A DNA stretch of 64,000 nt from a virus: the IMG/VR virus record IMGVR_UViG_3300021963_000083, positions 1 through 64,000 of that record; one strand, given 5' to 3'. Under the pieces are notes generated by a model. That model made no database searches and had not been told where the DNA came from. It saw only the letters and a program-made list of their open reading frames with translations. This document shows, piece by piece, positions 55,966-64,000 of the stretch. Numbering within the stretch: position 1 is the first letter of the stretch; each line of letters starts with the position of its first letter. The position numbers and the translations under genes were made by a program.

Positions 55966-57387
55966 TTAGGCTACGTAACGAATTTTTGTTAGTTCATCTG
56001 TGCCACTAATAGTTGTTGGCAGGGCGGTGAAGTTTACTTCGAATGCGATTACATCGTCAATATTAATGCTAGGAATTTCTAAGTGACACTGGCCCATTTC
56101 GAACATAATACCTGGAGAGGCCGGATACCCAGCAGTATTGCCCTTTCCACCTACAAAGAATTCTAGATCGAACTTGTTAGTAACAGTTGTGGTAGCACCT
56201 AGAAGATCCTGATAAAGATCTATACTTCCGTTTGTTGCCTCGTCCAGGTAGCAAGTGAATGATCCTGAAACAGAGCGAGTACCTGTTACGTGCTCAAGTG
56301 GCTGATTAACAACACCAATTACTTCTGGTGTTAGGAAACTCATGTTATTACTAATCGTGATGCTTCCTCCAGTTAGAGTAACTGCGTAAGTCTTAGCGTT
56401 AGGTGTTACACCAACAGCGTTTAGAGCAGTTAGACGGTTACGAATCATGTTACTTGTTGAAGTAACACCATTAGTGATTAGGGTATAACCAGCAGCTGAG
56501 AAGTCTACAGAAGCTACTTCTGAGATTGTTCTACCCATTCCTGACCAAGAAACTGTTGCGATACCGTCAATTTCAAAGTTAACAGTAGCTTCATTAACAC
56601 AAGCATTGGCAATTCTATAAATTGTTGTGGCTTCACTTGCAGGGAATACGCCGTTTGTTGCCCCATCCTGGATGGCTTTATTGGCACCTAGAACAAAATA
56701 AAGGTCAAAAGTACCTAGTCTTGTTTTATTTGACCCGGTTGTAAAGAAGTCCAGTTCTGTTGCTGTTGTAGCGAAGGCAGTAGAAGCTACCTTACCAGAA
56801 GTTGCGGTTACTGCTGTTGTACCTGCTGGTGCAGCATAGCTTACTGTGGTATTTGTTACGGCTGTAACTACGAAGGTATTTGTACCAGTAACTGCAGGGC
56901 TACTGTTAGTATAGGTTACTCCAGATACTGAGATTGGATCTCCGACCTTGAAGTATGTTCCTCCTGCTGATGCAGCTGTTGTAAATGTAAGTGTAACTAC
57001 GCCTGAAGCCAGTGCAGCGCCTGTACCAAAAGGAAGACCTGCGGTTTGACCTGCTGTTGCTGTGTAGTTAGTTTCTGCAAACATAGAGTGCCATAGAATT
57101 TCTTCTGGTGCACGAACTACGGTAGCTAGAGTTGGGCGAGCATATGTATCGAAGCTCCACTCAGCTGGTGCTAGTGAGTCATTGAATGAGCGCTGACCAC
57201 GACGGCTTCTGCCAGTAGCATCTGCCATTTCATTTAGCGTAATCTGACTTGAATTTGTTGATTGACTGAATGAGTAACCACTTAGAACTGGGATTTCCCA
57301 TACGTTGAATGTTGAGGTACCTACAGCCTGAACTGCGTATACCTTTGTATCTCTATTGAAGAAGAGGTTTGAATCACCTACTGCCAT
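55966..57387 (-). CDS. major tail tube protein (T5 pb6-like)
   Basis: RDTKV, WEIPVL.GYSFSQ, FNDSLAPAEWSF.TY.RP, TGTRSVSG..TCY. Confidence 0.93.
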   Translation of the reverse strand: MAVGDSNLFFNRDTKVYAVQAVGTSTFNVWEIPVLSGYSFSQSTNSSQITLNEMADATGRSRRGQRSFNDSLAPAEWSFDTYARPTLATVVRAPEEILWHSMFAETNYTATAGQTAGLPFGTGAALASGVVTLTFTTAASAGGTYFKVGDPISVSGVTYTNSSPAVTGTNTFVVTAVTNTTVSYAAPAGTTAVTATSGKVASTAFATTATELDFFTTGSNKTRLGTFDLYFVLGANKAIQDGATNGVFPASEATTIYRIANACVNEATVNFEIDGIATVSWSGMGRTISEVASVDFSAAGYTLITNGVTSTSNMIRNRLTALNAVGVTPNAKTYAVTLTGGSITISNNMSFLTPEVIGVVNQPLEHVTGTRSVSGSFTCYLDEATNGSIDLYQDLLGATTTVTNKFDLEFFVGGKGNTAGYPASPGIMFEMGQCHLEIPSINIDDVIAFEVNFTALPTTISGTDELTKIRYVA

Positions 57388-57409
57388 TTTAATCTCCTAA
57401 AGTACTTCA

Positions 57410-57856
57410 CTAGTACTTTACCTGTAGGGTCATCTCTCCGACTCCAAGTGGTGCGAGAGCTCCCTGATCTGTATCTATGTCTGTTATAATAATATCTCTT
57501 GTGTGACCACTGTTACCGGAAGAGTCGACGTATGCCAACCTGCCATTTCTGTCTATGATTAATTCGACATCTTCCAGTAACTTTTCAAGAGCCATCGTTG
57601 AATCTTCTTCGTTAACGTAAGCACGAAGGATGACGTCTAGGTATCTATCCTTAGCTCCTCCGCCTTGGTGGACGATAGATTCTGCTCCGGCGACTAAACA
57701 TATACAAGGAAATTCTTGGATCTCGTCCCAGAATCTCATTTTAGGATATGCCTGTTCGCCTAAATCTGTTGAATAACCATTAGCATAGCTAACGGTTTTT
57801 AGCTTGTCCGTAAGAGCTTCTACAATTGAGCTTCTACGAGTTCTATTTGTAACCAT
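57410..57856 (-). CDS. tail terminator (T5 p142-like)
   Basis: FWDEI.EFP, LE.LLED.E, IDTDQG.L.PLGVGE. Confidence 0.88.
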   Translation of the reverse strand: MVTNRTRRSSIVEALTDKLKTVSYANGYSTDLGEQAYPKMRFWDEIQEFPCICLVAGAESIVHQGGGAKDRYLDVILRAYVNEEDSTMALEKLLEDVELIIDRNGRLAYVDSSGNSGHTRDIIITDIDTDQGALAPLGVGEMTLQVKY

Positions 57857-59257
57857 TTAGGCTCTCCTTGTGTAGAATCGACCTATTGCCATTGCCTGTA
57901 CGATTTCTCGTACGGATTTGTCAACCAAAGTTCTTGGATCTCTTGCTGGAGTGTTCCATGGCGGCGCTCCTTTTGTCCTATCAAATACATCGTATGGATC
58001 TCTTTGATAATCAAATACAACGCTTGGGTATCCATCTTTTGTAGTCTCTACATTAACTATTCGGGTACTGTTTGCAAAACGACCAGTTCTATATACCAGT
58101 CCTGGTGCTCCCATGTTATTGGCCACTTGTTCTGGTAGTCTTTTATTAATGATAGCTATTAATGATGCCCAATTAGTTTTTGGTCTAGCCGTTGCCTCCT
58201 CTTTAGGGGCAGATAACTTATTACCTTTAAGTGACTCTTTTTCGGCACTAGTGCTTGATCGTCCTGTTATTTTTGATTGGGCCTGGCTTTTAGATGAAGT
58301 AGCTTTGCTTATTTTTGAGGTCTTGGCTCCACTATTTTTAGCTGCGGTACCTAGTCTAGAAACTGCTATTTCTACGGCACTGCTGGAACTTTTTGTAGTA
58401 AATAGATTTGTACTTTTTAATAAGTACCTTTCCACTTCTTTACTTAATGCATTAAGAGTAGCTTTTTCCCTGCTAGAATCTCTTTGGTTTCTAAAGGCTG
58501 ATTCTTCGTTGAGCTTCAAAGTAGTAGTAAATTGCTTTATTAAATTACCTGCCTCTTTTTTCGCATAGCTAGCTACTTGTATCTTTAATTCTGCTCTATC
58601 TTCTTTACTGGCTTTTATTCCAGATAATGCTGTCGAAGCTCCCTTTATAGAAGATAGCTTCTTAAGTATTTCAGCCTTTCTTCTAATACTTACTGATCCA
58701 CTCTTGTCATGACCTAACTGAAATAGACCACTACTTCTTACCTCGTTTCCGTATTCGTTTATGTATTTATTACCATATAAGGCTTTATCCACAGATTCGG
58801 AGTCATCAGCAAAAAATACGTCTAAATGAATCTTATCTCTTAGTCCTGGTAATTTACGTGCTCTAACTTGGTTAATAGATCTAAATACATCTATATTTCC
58901 TGACCCAGATTTTTTCTTACCACCAGTAGCTATAACTACAAAAGACTCGGCCGTACTACCTTTGGAGAATCTTAAAGAAGCCTCTCCCTTAAACTTACGC
59001 ATTGAATCGTATAAATCTTTTACATAATCTTTTAATAGTGCATGTAGGACTTGTTTGCGTCTGGCTATTTCACCAGCAGTAGGATTTCCTACAGTCATTA
59101 TTAGATTATCTAACTGGTATAGAGCCTCTTCGTTTAGACTATTAAGATCTACACTAAATTCATGTTTATAAGAGTTTAAGGTCTCTCTTAAAGTACTATT
59201 AGCCTCTATCTGTTTGGTTATATTACCTACTATAATAGATAGATTGCGACTAGACAT
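57857..59257 (-). CDS. tail completion protein (T5 p143-like), N-terminally extended
   Basis: C-terminal NMGAPGLVYRTGRFANS...PY.VF...RDPR.LVDKSVREI. Confidence 0.8.
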   Translation of the reverse strand: MSSRNLSIIVGNITKQIEANSTLRETLNSYKHEFSVDLNSLNEEALYQLDNLIMTVGNPTAGEIARRKQVLHALLKDYVKDLYDSMRKFKGEASLRFSKGSTAESFVVIATGGKKKSGSGNIDVFRSINQVRARKLPGLRDKIHLDVFFADDSESVDKALYGNKYINEYGNEVRSSGLFQLGHDKSGSVSIRRKAEILKKLSSIKGASTALSGIKASKEDRAELKIQVASYAKKEAGNLIKQFTTTLKLNEESAFRNQRDSSREKATLNALSKEVERYLLKSTNLFTTKSSSSAVEIAVSRLGTAAKNSGAKTSKISKATSSKSQAQSKITGRSSTSAEKESLKGNKLSAPKEEATARPKTNWASLIAIINKRLPEQVANNMGAPGLVYRTGRFANSTRIVNVETTKDGYPSVVFDYQRDPYDVFDRTKGAPPWNTPARDPRTLVDKSVREIVQAMAIGRFYTRRA

Positions 59258-59828
59258 TACGGTACATATCTAATATTCTAATAATATGTACTGGCCACTC
59301 CGTAGCTAGGCTCGATCCTTTGCTAGTGCTATTATCAATAGAGGTATTACCAAGTGTACGCTTTTCTTTATACTCTTCTTTGACATACATATGTATTAAG
59401 TCTAAGCAGGCCATTCTTAGATCGAGAGGTACAGTAGCGTAGCCAGCTGTATAAGTTACTTTTACAGCGCCATAGCCTTCAGGCCAGTATGCTGATTTTC
59501 CGTGTATGTATATGCAGTCTACATCAGGGTCCACGTAGTATTCTACAGGATCCATAGTCACATATGCTTTATCGTAGTCTTCTCTAGTCTGTACGCTCAC
59601 TACTGCTTTTATTGGCCATTCATTTAATTGTAAGGAAGCCTGGCCCTGTTGTACATTAAATGTTTCAACACGTGGAGTAGTGTAGTAGTCTATAATAGAG
59701 TGTCCCACGAAAGTTCTTACAAGAACATTTACAGAGTTGATAATGTACTGTAGTTCAGTATCTGCGTCTGTTTTAGTAATCTTCTTATAAGTTTTGTAAT
59801 CTTCTAAAGTTACTAATGGTGCTCCCAT
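59250..59828 (-). CDS. head completion / head-tail connector (T5 p144-like)
   Basis: LVTLEDYK.Y, V.VTYTAGY...P.DL..A..DL, P.HI.RILDMYR. Confidence 0.88.
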   Translation of the reverse strand: MGAPLVTLEDYKTYKKITKTDADTELQYIINSVNVLVRTFVGHSIIDYYTTPRVETFNVQQGQASLQLNEWPIKAVVSVQTREDYDKAYVTMDPVEYYVDPDVDCIYIHGKSAYWPEGYGAVKVTYTAGYATVPLDLRMACLDLIHMYVKEEYKEKRTLGNTSIDNSTSKGSSLATEWPVHIIRILDMYRNV

Positions 59829-59841
59829 GGTGTCTCCTAAT

Positions 59842-59874
59842 AAGAAAGGGGGCTGCTGGTAGCAGCAACCCCCT
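59842..59874 (-). terminator. terminator after the major capsid gene
   Basis: On the minus strand: GGGGGTTGCTG-CTAC-CAGCAGCCCCC-TTTCTT. Confidence 0.8.
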
Positions 59875-59890
59875 CCCAGTTAATGTAGAA

Positions 59891-61255
59891 TTAAGCGTAC
59901 TTAAGACCGATAACTGACTTAGCGTTTGGAATGATTTCCTTGAAGCCAAGACGCTGAGTTGTTGCAAGAACCTTGTGCTGATTTTCAACTAGGTACTGGC
60001 TCTCAACTGTTACGCCACGCTGACGTGGAACAACGAAGTTACGTGTGTTAACTGCTAGCGCGTGGTACTTACCAGTTGCTGCTGCTGGGAATTCGTCGCA
60101 AACCATTACGGATGAACCGAAGATCTGACCTACTTCACCAGTTAGCTTTGTAGCCTGCTGGTTAACTAGGTTGAAGTCCTGGAATTCAGCATCTTCTAGT
60201 AGTTCGAAGTAGCACTGCTGTGAAACGATGTATGCAACGTCATTTGGACGTAGACCATACTTGCCCATGTTCTTACGTAGGCCTAGTAGAGCAGCTGCGG
60301 TTAGCGGTGTTGCTGTACCAGCGGCTGTTACTGTGCGGCTCTGTGTAGAAGCGTACTTTAGAAGACCTGATGCAGCTGTTGCTGAAACTGAAGGATATGC
60401 ACCATCAGCGTGTCCACCAAGAAGGATTAGGTTTTCAACACCACGTGCGTGCTGACGGATCATGCCTTCGCGTAGTAGTGGAAGAATTGGGATAATTCCA
60501 TCTTCTTCTGTTTCGTTACCTAGGTAGCTCTTAGCAATCATCTTGATTGTGCGTAGTTCGATTTCAGTTAGTGCTATACCATCTTCTGAACCTACTGCAA
60601 CGCCACGTGAATCAAGAGTACCAGCTGGTGCTGTACCTGGAAGCGCAGCATTACCTGTGATAGTTGCATAGTTGGTGTCTGGCATGATCGGTAGAACCAT
60701 GCTTGCAGTTGTCATCGCGATTTCACGGAACATAGGAGCTAGGATTAGTTCTAGCTGGATATCACGTTCGATATTGATTGAAACTTCGCGCTCGAAGTTA
60801 TCGCTTGATACAGCAACGGATGACATTGTGTTGACCTTCTGAAGAAGATTCTTTGCAAACTCTGTGTTATATCCCTTTCCAGTGATACGACCTAGTAGGA
60901 ATGCATCGTCCATTTCCTGGGCGAATTGCTTCTGCCATTCGTTGCTGTTGCCGCCACGGTCAGCGAATACACGCTTGCTGTTAGCAATGTTCTGTAGTTC
61001 AGCTGACTTTTCAGCTAGTTCTGTACGTAGACCTTCGAGCTTTGTATTTAGGTCTGTGTTGTCATCCTTGAAGCGCTTTTCTAGTTCTGCGAATAGCTTT
61101 TCTTCTGAAGATGCGATAACTTGTGCTACGATCTTTTCGTTAGCAGCCTTTTCGTCAGCAGCCTTCTGTGCAGCAGCTGCATCAGCGGCAGCCTTTGCTG
61201 CCATTGCGTCTGCAATGCCTTTCTGAATCTGTGCGTTAATTGTTTCGTCGTCCAT
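59891..61255 (-). CDS. major capsid protein (HK97 fold, T5 pb8-like), from internal start, 454 aa
   Basis: GAGGA-AAATTAAA-ATG at 61255; coiled-coil delta domain; LRKNMGKYGL.P.D, GEVGQIFG, QRLGF. Confidence 0.9.
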   Translation of the reverse strand: MDDETINAQIQKGIADAMAAKAAADAAAAQKAADEKAANEKIVAQVIASSEEKLFAELEKRFKDDNTDLNTKLEGLRTELAEKSAELQNIANSKRVFADRGGNSNEWQKQFAQEMDDAFLLGRITGKGYNTEFAKNLLQKVNTMSSVAVSSDNFEREVSINIERDIQLELILAPMFREIAMTTASMVLPIMPDTNYATITGNAALPGTAPAGTLDSRGVAVGSEDGIALTEIELRTIKMIAKSYLGNETEEDGIIPILPLLREGMIRQHARGVENLILLGGHADGAYPSVSATAASGLLKYASTQSRTVTAAGTATPLTAAALLGLRKNMGKYGLRPNDVAYIVSQQCYFELLEDAEFQDFNLVNQQATKLTGEVGQIFGSSVMVCDEFPAAATGKYHALAVNTRNFVVPRQRGVTVESQYLVENQHKVLATTQRLGFKEIIPNAKSVIGLKYA

Positions 61256-62530
61256 TTTAATTTTCCTCGACGCCATTTCAGCGCCCTCTGATGAGCCTCC
61301 GGTTTCAGCGAGAGGCTGACCACCTAGAGCATTTTCGAATTGTTTTCTAAAAGTAAGATAGTCGCTTTGACTATCGAATGATTTAGCTACAGAGAATGTA
61401 GCGTCTTGATTACAAGGTATAGAAACTACTGATACCTCAAGTAATTCTGCATCTTTAACGATTAAGCCATCAACTGACTTATCGTATTCCGCATCTTTAA
61501 TTAAAAAGCCTACAGAGAATGTCGAAAGAACTCCTTCTTTGACTAAGTTGTGAATATCTCCAGCACTCTTGCTGATGATTCCCTTGATCTTTAGTCCTGT
61601 ATTATCTGTAAGTATTTCTACAACCTTGCCTATTGGTTTATCATAATTATGATTGAATAGTAAGATTGGATTGGTTTGAAAGTTTTTTAGGCCTCCCTTA
61701 GTCCATGCAGTAGATAAGATTCTATCAGCTGAACGGTCAATAGCGTTTGTGCTAGCATAACCTGCTATAATAAGCTCACCGTCACTATCTTCGTGCATGT
61801 CCTTGATGGAGGAATCAAGCTTAAATATTTTATTCACACTATTCTCCTCTGGAGCAGGCACATTTTCGATACCTTTTCTCTTAACTTTAGTAAGCGTAGA
61901 AAAACGATGACCTACAAGAGTATCAGTTTCTACTTCATCCTTATATATCCGAATGAGTGCCGCGGGGTCTTCTTTAGTTGCATCTATGGAGAAGCTGCTA
62001 TCAGGAATACCTAAAGTGCCTTCTCTCATAATGTGCTCTATACGGCCCATTGCCTTTCCGCCAGAAGAGTTCCACTCTACAAAATCACCAAGTTTTAAAT
62101 CTTTTGGACCTGCTGTTTCATGTACGTCTTCTAGACCGTCCTCGTCTTCATCTTCAGAGTATTCTTTAGTATAGTCTAGGGATTTACCTTCTAGCCTATC
62201 TAGCGTCTCACTCTTGGCTCTAGCCCATGTCTGGCCGGGGTCTCCACCCCAAAGTGCCCAAGCAACTCTACCGTTAGAAGGAAAACCAGGCTCTCCAGGA
62301 CTAAATCCTTCGCCTTGTTTATCTACTTCGTGTCTGCTGAAAAAGCTATGCATCCTACGTACAGTACTTGGTGATAGTTCTTGCTTATTTACAAGTTGCC
62401 TTGCACGAGCTAGACCTACCGGAGTACCTCCGTCGAATCCATCCTTTCTCCAGTCGAGAGCTTTTTGTGCCTCTTTTGCCATGCCATCGGTAGGAGTTAA
62501 ATCAATATCTTCTCCACCTACTCTCGCCAT
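59891..62530 (-). CDS. fusion ORF: two N-terminal accessory domains + HK97-type prohead protease + major capsid protein
   Basis: Single 879-aa ORF; protease motifs IAGYAST...DR..D, LLFNH...PIG, FSVGF, ELLEVSVVSIPCN. Confidence 0.85.
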   Translation of the reverse strand: MARVGGEDIDLTPTDGMAKEAQKALDWRKDGFDGGTPVGLARARQLVNKQELSPSTVRRMHSFFSRHEVDKQGEGFSPGEPGFPSNGRVAWALWGGDPGQTWARAKSETLDRLEGKSLDYTKEYSEDEDEDGLEDVHETAGPKDLKLGDFVEWNSSGGKAMGRIEHIMREGTLGIPDSSFSIDATKEDPAALIRIYKDEVETDTLVGHRFSTLTKVKRKGIENVPAPEENSVNKIFKLDSSIKDMHEDSDGELIIAGYASTNAIDRSADRILSTAWTKGGLKNFQTNPILLFNHNYDKPIGKVVEILTDNTGLKIKGIISKSAGDIHNLVKEGVLSTFSVGFLIKDAEYDKSVDGLIVKDAELLEVSVVSIPCNQDATFSVAKSFDSQSDYLTFRKQFENALGGQPLAETGGSSEGAEMASRKIKMDDETINAQIQKGIADAMAAKAAADAAAAQKAADEKAANEKIVAQVIASSEEKLFAELEKRFKDDNTDLNTKLEGLRTELAEKSAELQNIANSKRVFADRGGNSNEWQKQFAQEMDDAFLLGRITGKGYNTEFAKNLLQKVNTMSSVAVSSDNFEREVSINIERDIQLELILAPMFREIAMTTASMVLPIMPDTNYATITGNAALPGTAPAGTLDSRGVAVGSEDGIALTEIELRTIKMIAKSYLGNETEEDGIIPILPLLREGMIRQHARGVENLILLGGHADGAYPSVSATAASGLLKYASTQSRTVTAAGTATPLTAAALLGLRKNMGKYGLRPNDVAYIVSQQCYFELLEDAEFQDFNLVNQQATKLTGEVGQIFGSSVMVCDEFPAAATGKYHALAVNTRNFVVPRQRGVTVESQYLVENQHKVLATTQRLGFKEIIPNAKSVIGLKYA

Positions 62531-62532
62531 TA

Positions 62533-62841
62533 TTAAGCTCCTTTAGTCTTTTCGACTGCTGGCTTAACTGCTGGTGCCGGTGCTTCTACTGGAGCCTCTA
62601 CTGGAGCTTCTGTAGACTGGGCTGGAGCTGAAGGAGTAGTTGGTACTGATGTGGAACCATCATACTGCTTAATATCTCCAACCATATTTAATAAACGTGA
62701 CCATGATCCGATTCCTCTTTTTACGAGTTGGAATCTAATTGGAACATCATTAGCGTTTTTATATTCTTCTGCAGTTAGTACTCTACCTTTAGAGGCAAAA
62801 TATGCACCAATCTGCTCTACGATATTTGTTCGTCTAGTCAT
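62533..62841 (-). CDS. small protein between portal and protease genes
   Basis: YF..KG......EY....D.P......KR..GSWSR followed by a Pro/Ala-rich tail. Confidence 0.7.
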   Translation of the reverse strand: MTRRTNIVEQIGAYFASKGRVLTAEEYKNANDVPIRFQLVKRGIGSWSRLLNMVGDIKQYDGSTSVPTTPSAPAQSTEAPVEAPVEAPAPAVKPAVEKTKGA

Positions 62842-64000
62842 TAGTTGTTTCCTGTGTTATCATCTTGAGGTGGTGCGCCCCCTTGTGAAGGATCTACTGC
62901 ACTTCCTGCTATATTTTGAGGTATACGTATACCATCATTTCCAGGCAGTACATCCCTACCCAATCCGATTCTAGCTTCATTGGCAGTAATAATACCGCCA
63001 TTGACTAGTGTTGAGTAGAAGGCTGCTTCGTCTCTTAACTCTGGCTGTAGAGCGGGTATTCCGGATACGTTCTCTATAATCTCAAATCCAAAGAACATTT
63101 GTAACGCAGAGTTCACCTTCTTAATAATAGGAATGATGGTCTCTAAGTAGTATAGTCTATGGTTTGGTCTAAGATTAGCGTTATTACCGCTATCAACTAG
63201 GACAGGTGGTACGCCTAAAGCCTTTAAAATTACTTTTTCGTTGGTGTCTATTGACCCAGCGAAATCTAAATCTTTAAAACTGACAGTAGTTAGTGGATCT
63301 ACCACCATACCGCCGTCTAGAATTAATGGACTTCTTCCGCCAGACTGAGGTCTGTAAGAAGTCTTCCAATCTTCTTTCATTCTTTCTTTAATACGGTGAC
63401 TTAGTACGTCCGGACTTCTAATCACTAGGCCCGGTACTGCTCCGTTTGTAAAGAAGTTATCTTGAAAATCTCTCATTGACTTCATAAGCTTCATTGTTCG
63501 TAAAGCTGGTTTCAGTCGAGATGCGCCTCTATAAAGTGAGATAGCGCTATTATCTTTGATATGAATAATTTCATTAACATTGAAATCTATAGTCCCTTGG
63601 AACGTATATTTTTCAACATATGTCTTTTCGTCTGAGTAGATAGTTACCTTATTCGCTGGTAGCTGATATAAGTGCTGACCGTCCCAATATAGGAAGATGT
63701 TACCATCAATAATCAGGTCCATAATCATATTTCGTCTAAACGAGTGAATGTCTTGGAAAGGGTTAGGCTGAACATTTAGTAATGTTTCTACCGTTTTCTT
63801 CTTTACTCCGCTTACTTTAGGAAATCCAATCTTGTCAGATCCTACTTTGAAATTTATCTCAGCGGCATCGTCAATAATCATATTAACTGCGCGATTAACA
63901 ATTTCTAAGTTTTCATAATAATAAATGTAAGTGCGTTCTGGCTCAGTGCTAGGACTTTGTGACTCCATATAGGAGATCCAGCGCTGACCAGGATTTAGTT
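62841..64000 (-). CDS. portal protein (T5 pb7/HK97-like), 5' end beyond the window
   Basis: LLN.QPNPFQD, FF.NGAVPG, LGVPP, IIT.NEAR, NIAGSA.DPS.GG.P; frame stays open to the window edge. Confidence 0.95.
   Translation of the reverse strand, partial: LNPGQRWISYMESQSPSTEPERTYIYYYENLEIVNRAVNMIIDDAAEINFKVGSDKIGFPKVSGVKKKTVETLLNVQPNPFQDIHSFRRNMIMDLIIDGNIFLYWDGQHLYQLPANKVTIYSDEKTYVEKYTFQGTIDFNVNEIIHIKDNSAISLYRGASRLKPALRTMKLMKSMRDFQDNFFTNGAVPGLVIRSPDVLSHRIKERMKEDWKTSYRPQSGGRSPLILDGGMVVDPLTTVSFKDLDFAGSIDTNEKVILKALGVPPVLVDSGNNANLRPNHRLYYLETIIPIIKKVNSALQMFFGFEIIENVSGIPALQPELRDEAAFYSTLVNGGIITANEARIGLGRDVLPGNDGIRIPQNIAGSAVDPSQGGAPPQDDNTGNN

Overview
This is a 64-kb internal segment of a lytic T5-like siphovirus (Demerecviridae-type gene order). 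The host is probably an alphaproteobacterium, judged from a two-piece permuted tmRNA with an ANDN...LAA tag, an alpha-type tRNA-Ile2 and TTGAC-N17-(GC)TAnnn promoters. 1-6.5 kb holds small auxiliary genes: a dUTPase fragment, spanins, a pyrimidine-dimer glycosylase, thyX, a D2-like gene and an AdoMetDC-like gene. 6.5-15.5 kb is an accessory + strand cassette of fibre-like and glycine-rich proteins. 15.5-18.4 kb has seven tRNAs and Hsp20. 18.4-37.2 kb is the T5-type replication module: D3, PC4-like, split NAD ligase, D5, D6, primase, PolA, D10-D15, PhoH and NrdJ. 37.2-64 kb is the - strand morphogenesis module, from tail tip to portal. The most unusual observations are: (1) a tRNA-like cloverleaf nested in the intervening segment of the permuted tmRNA; (2) an 879-aa two-domain cargo-protease-major capsid ORF with an internal SD/ATG; (3) the modular fibre cassette with matching N- and C-terminal motifs; (4) a long-variable-arm tRNA-Ile(UAU) alongside tRNA-Ile2; (5) a ROSE-like thermometer on hsp20. 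All family calls rest on motif recognition and synteny; no database searches were run.
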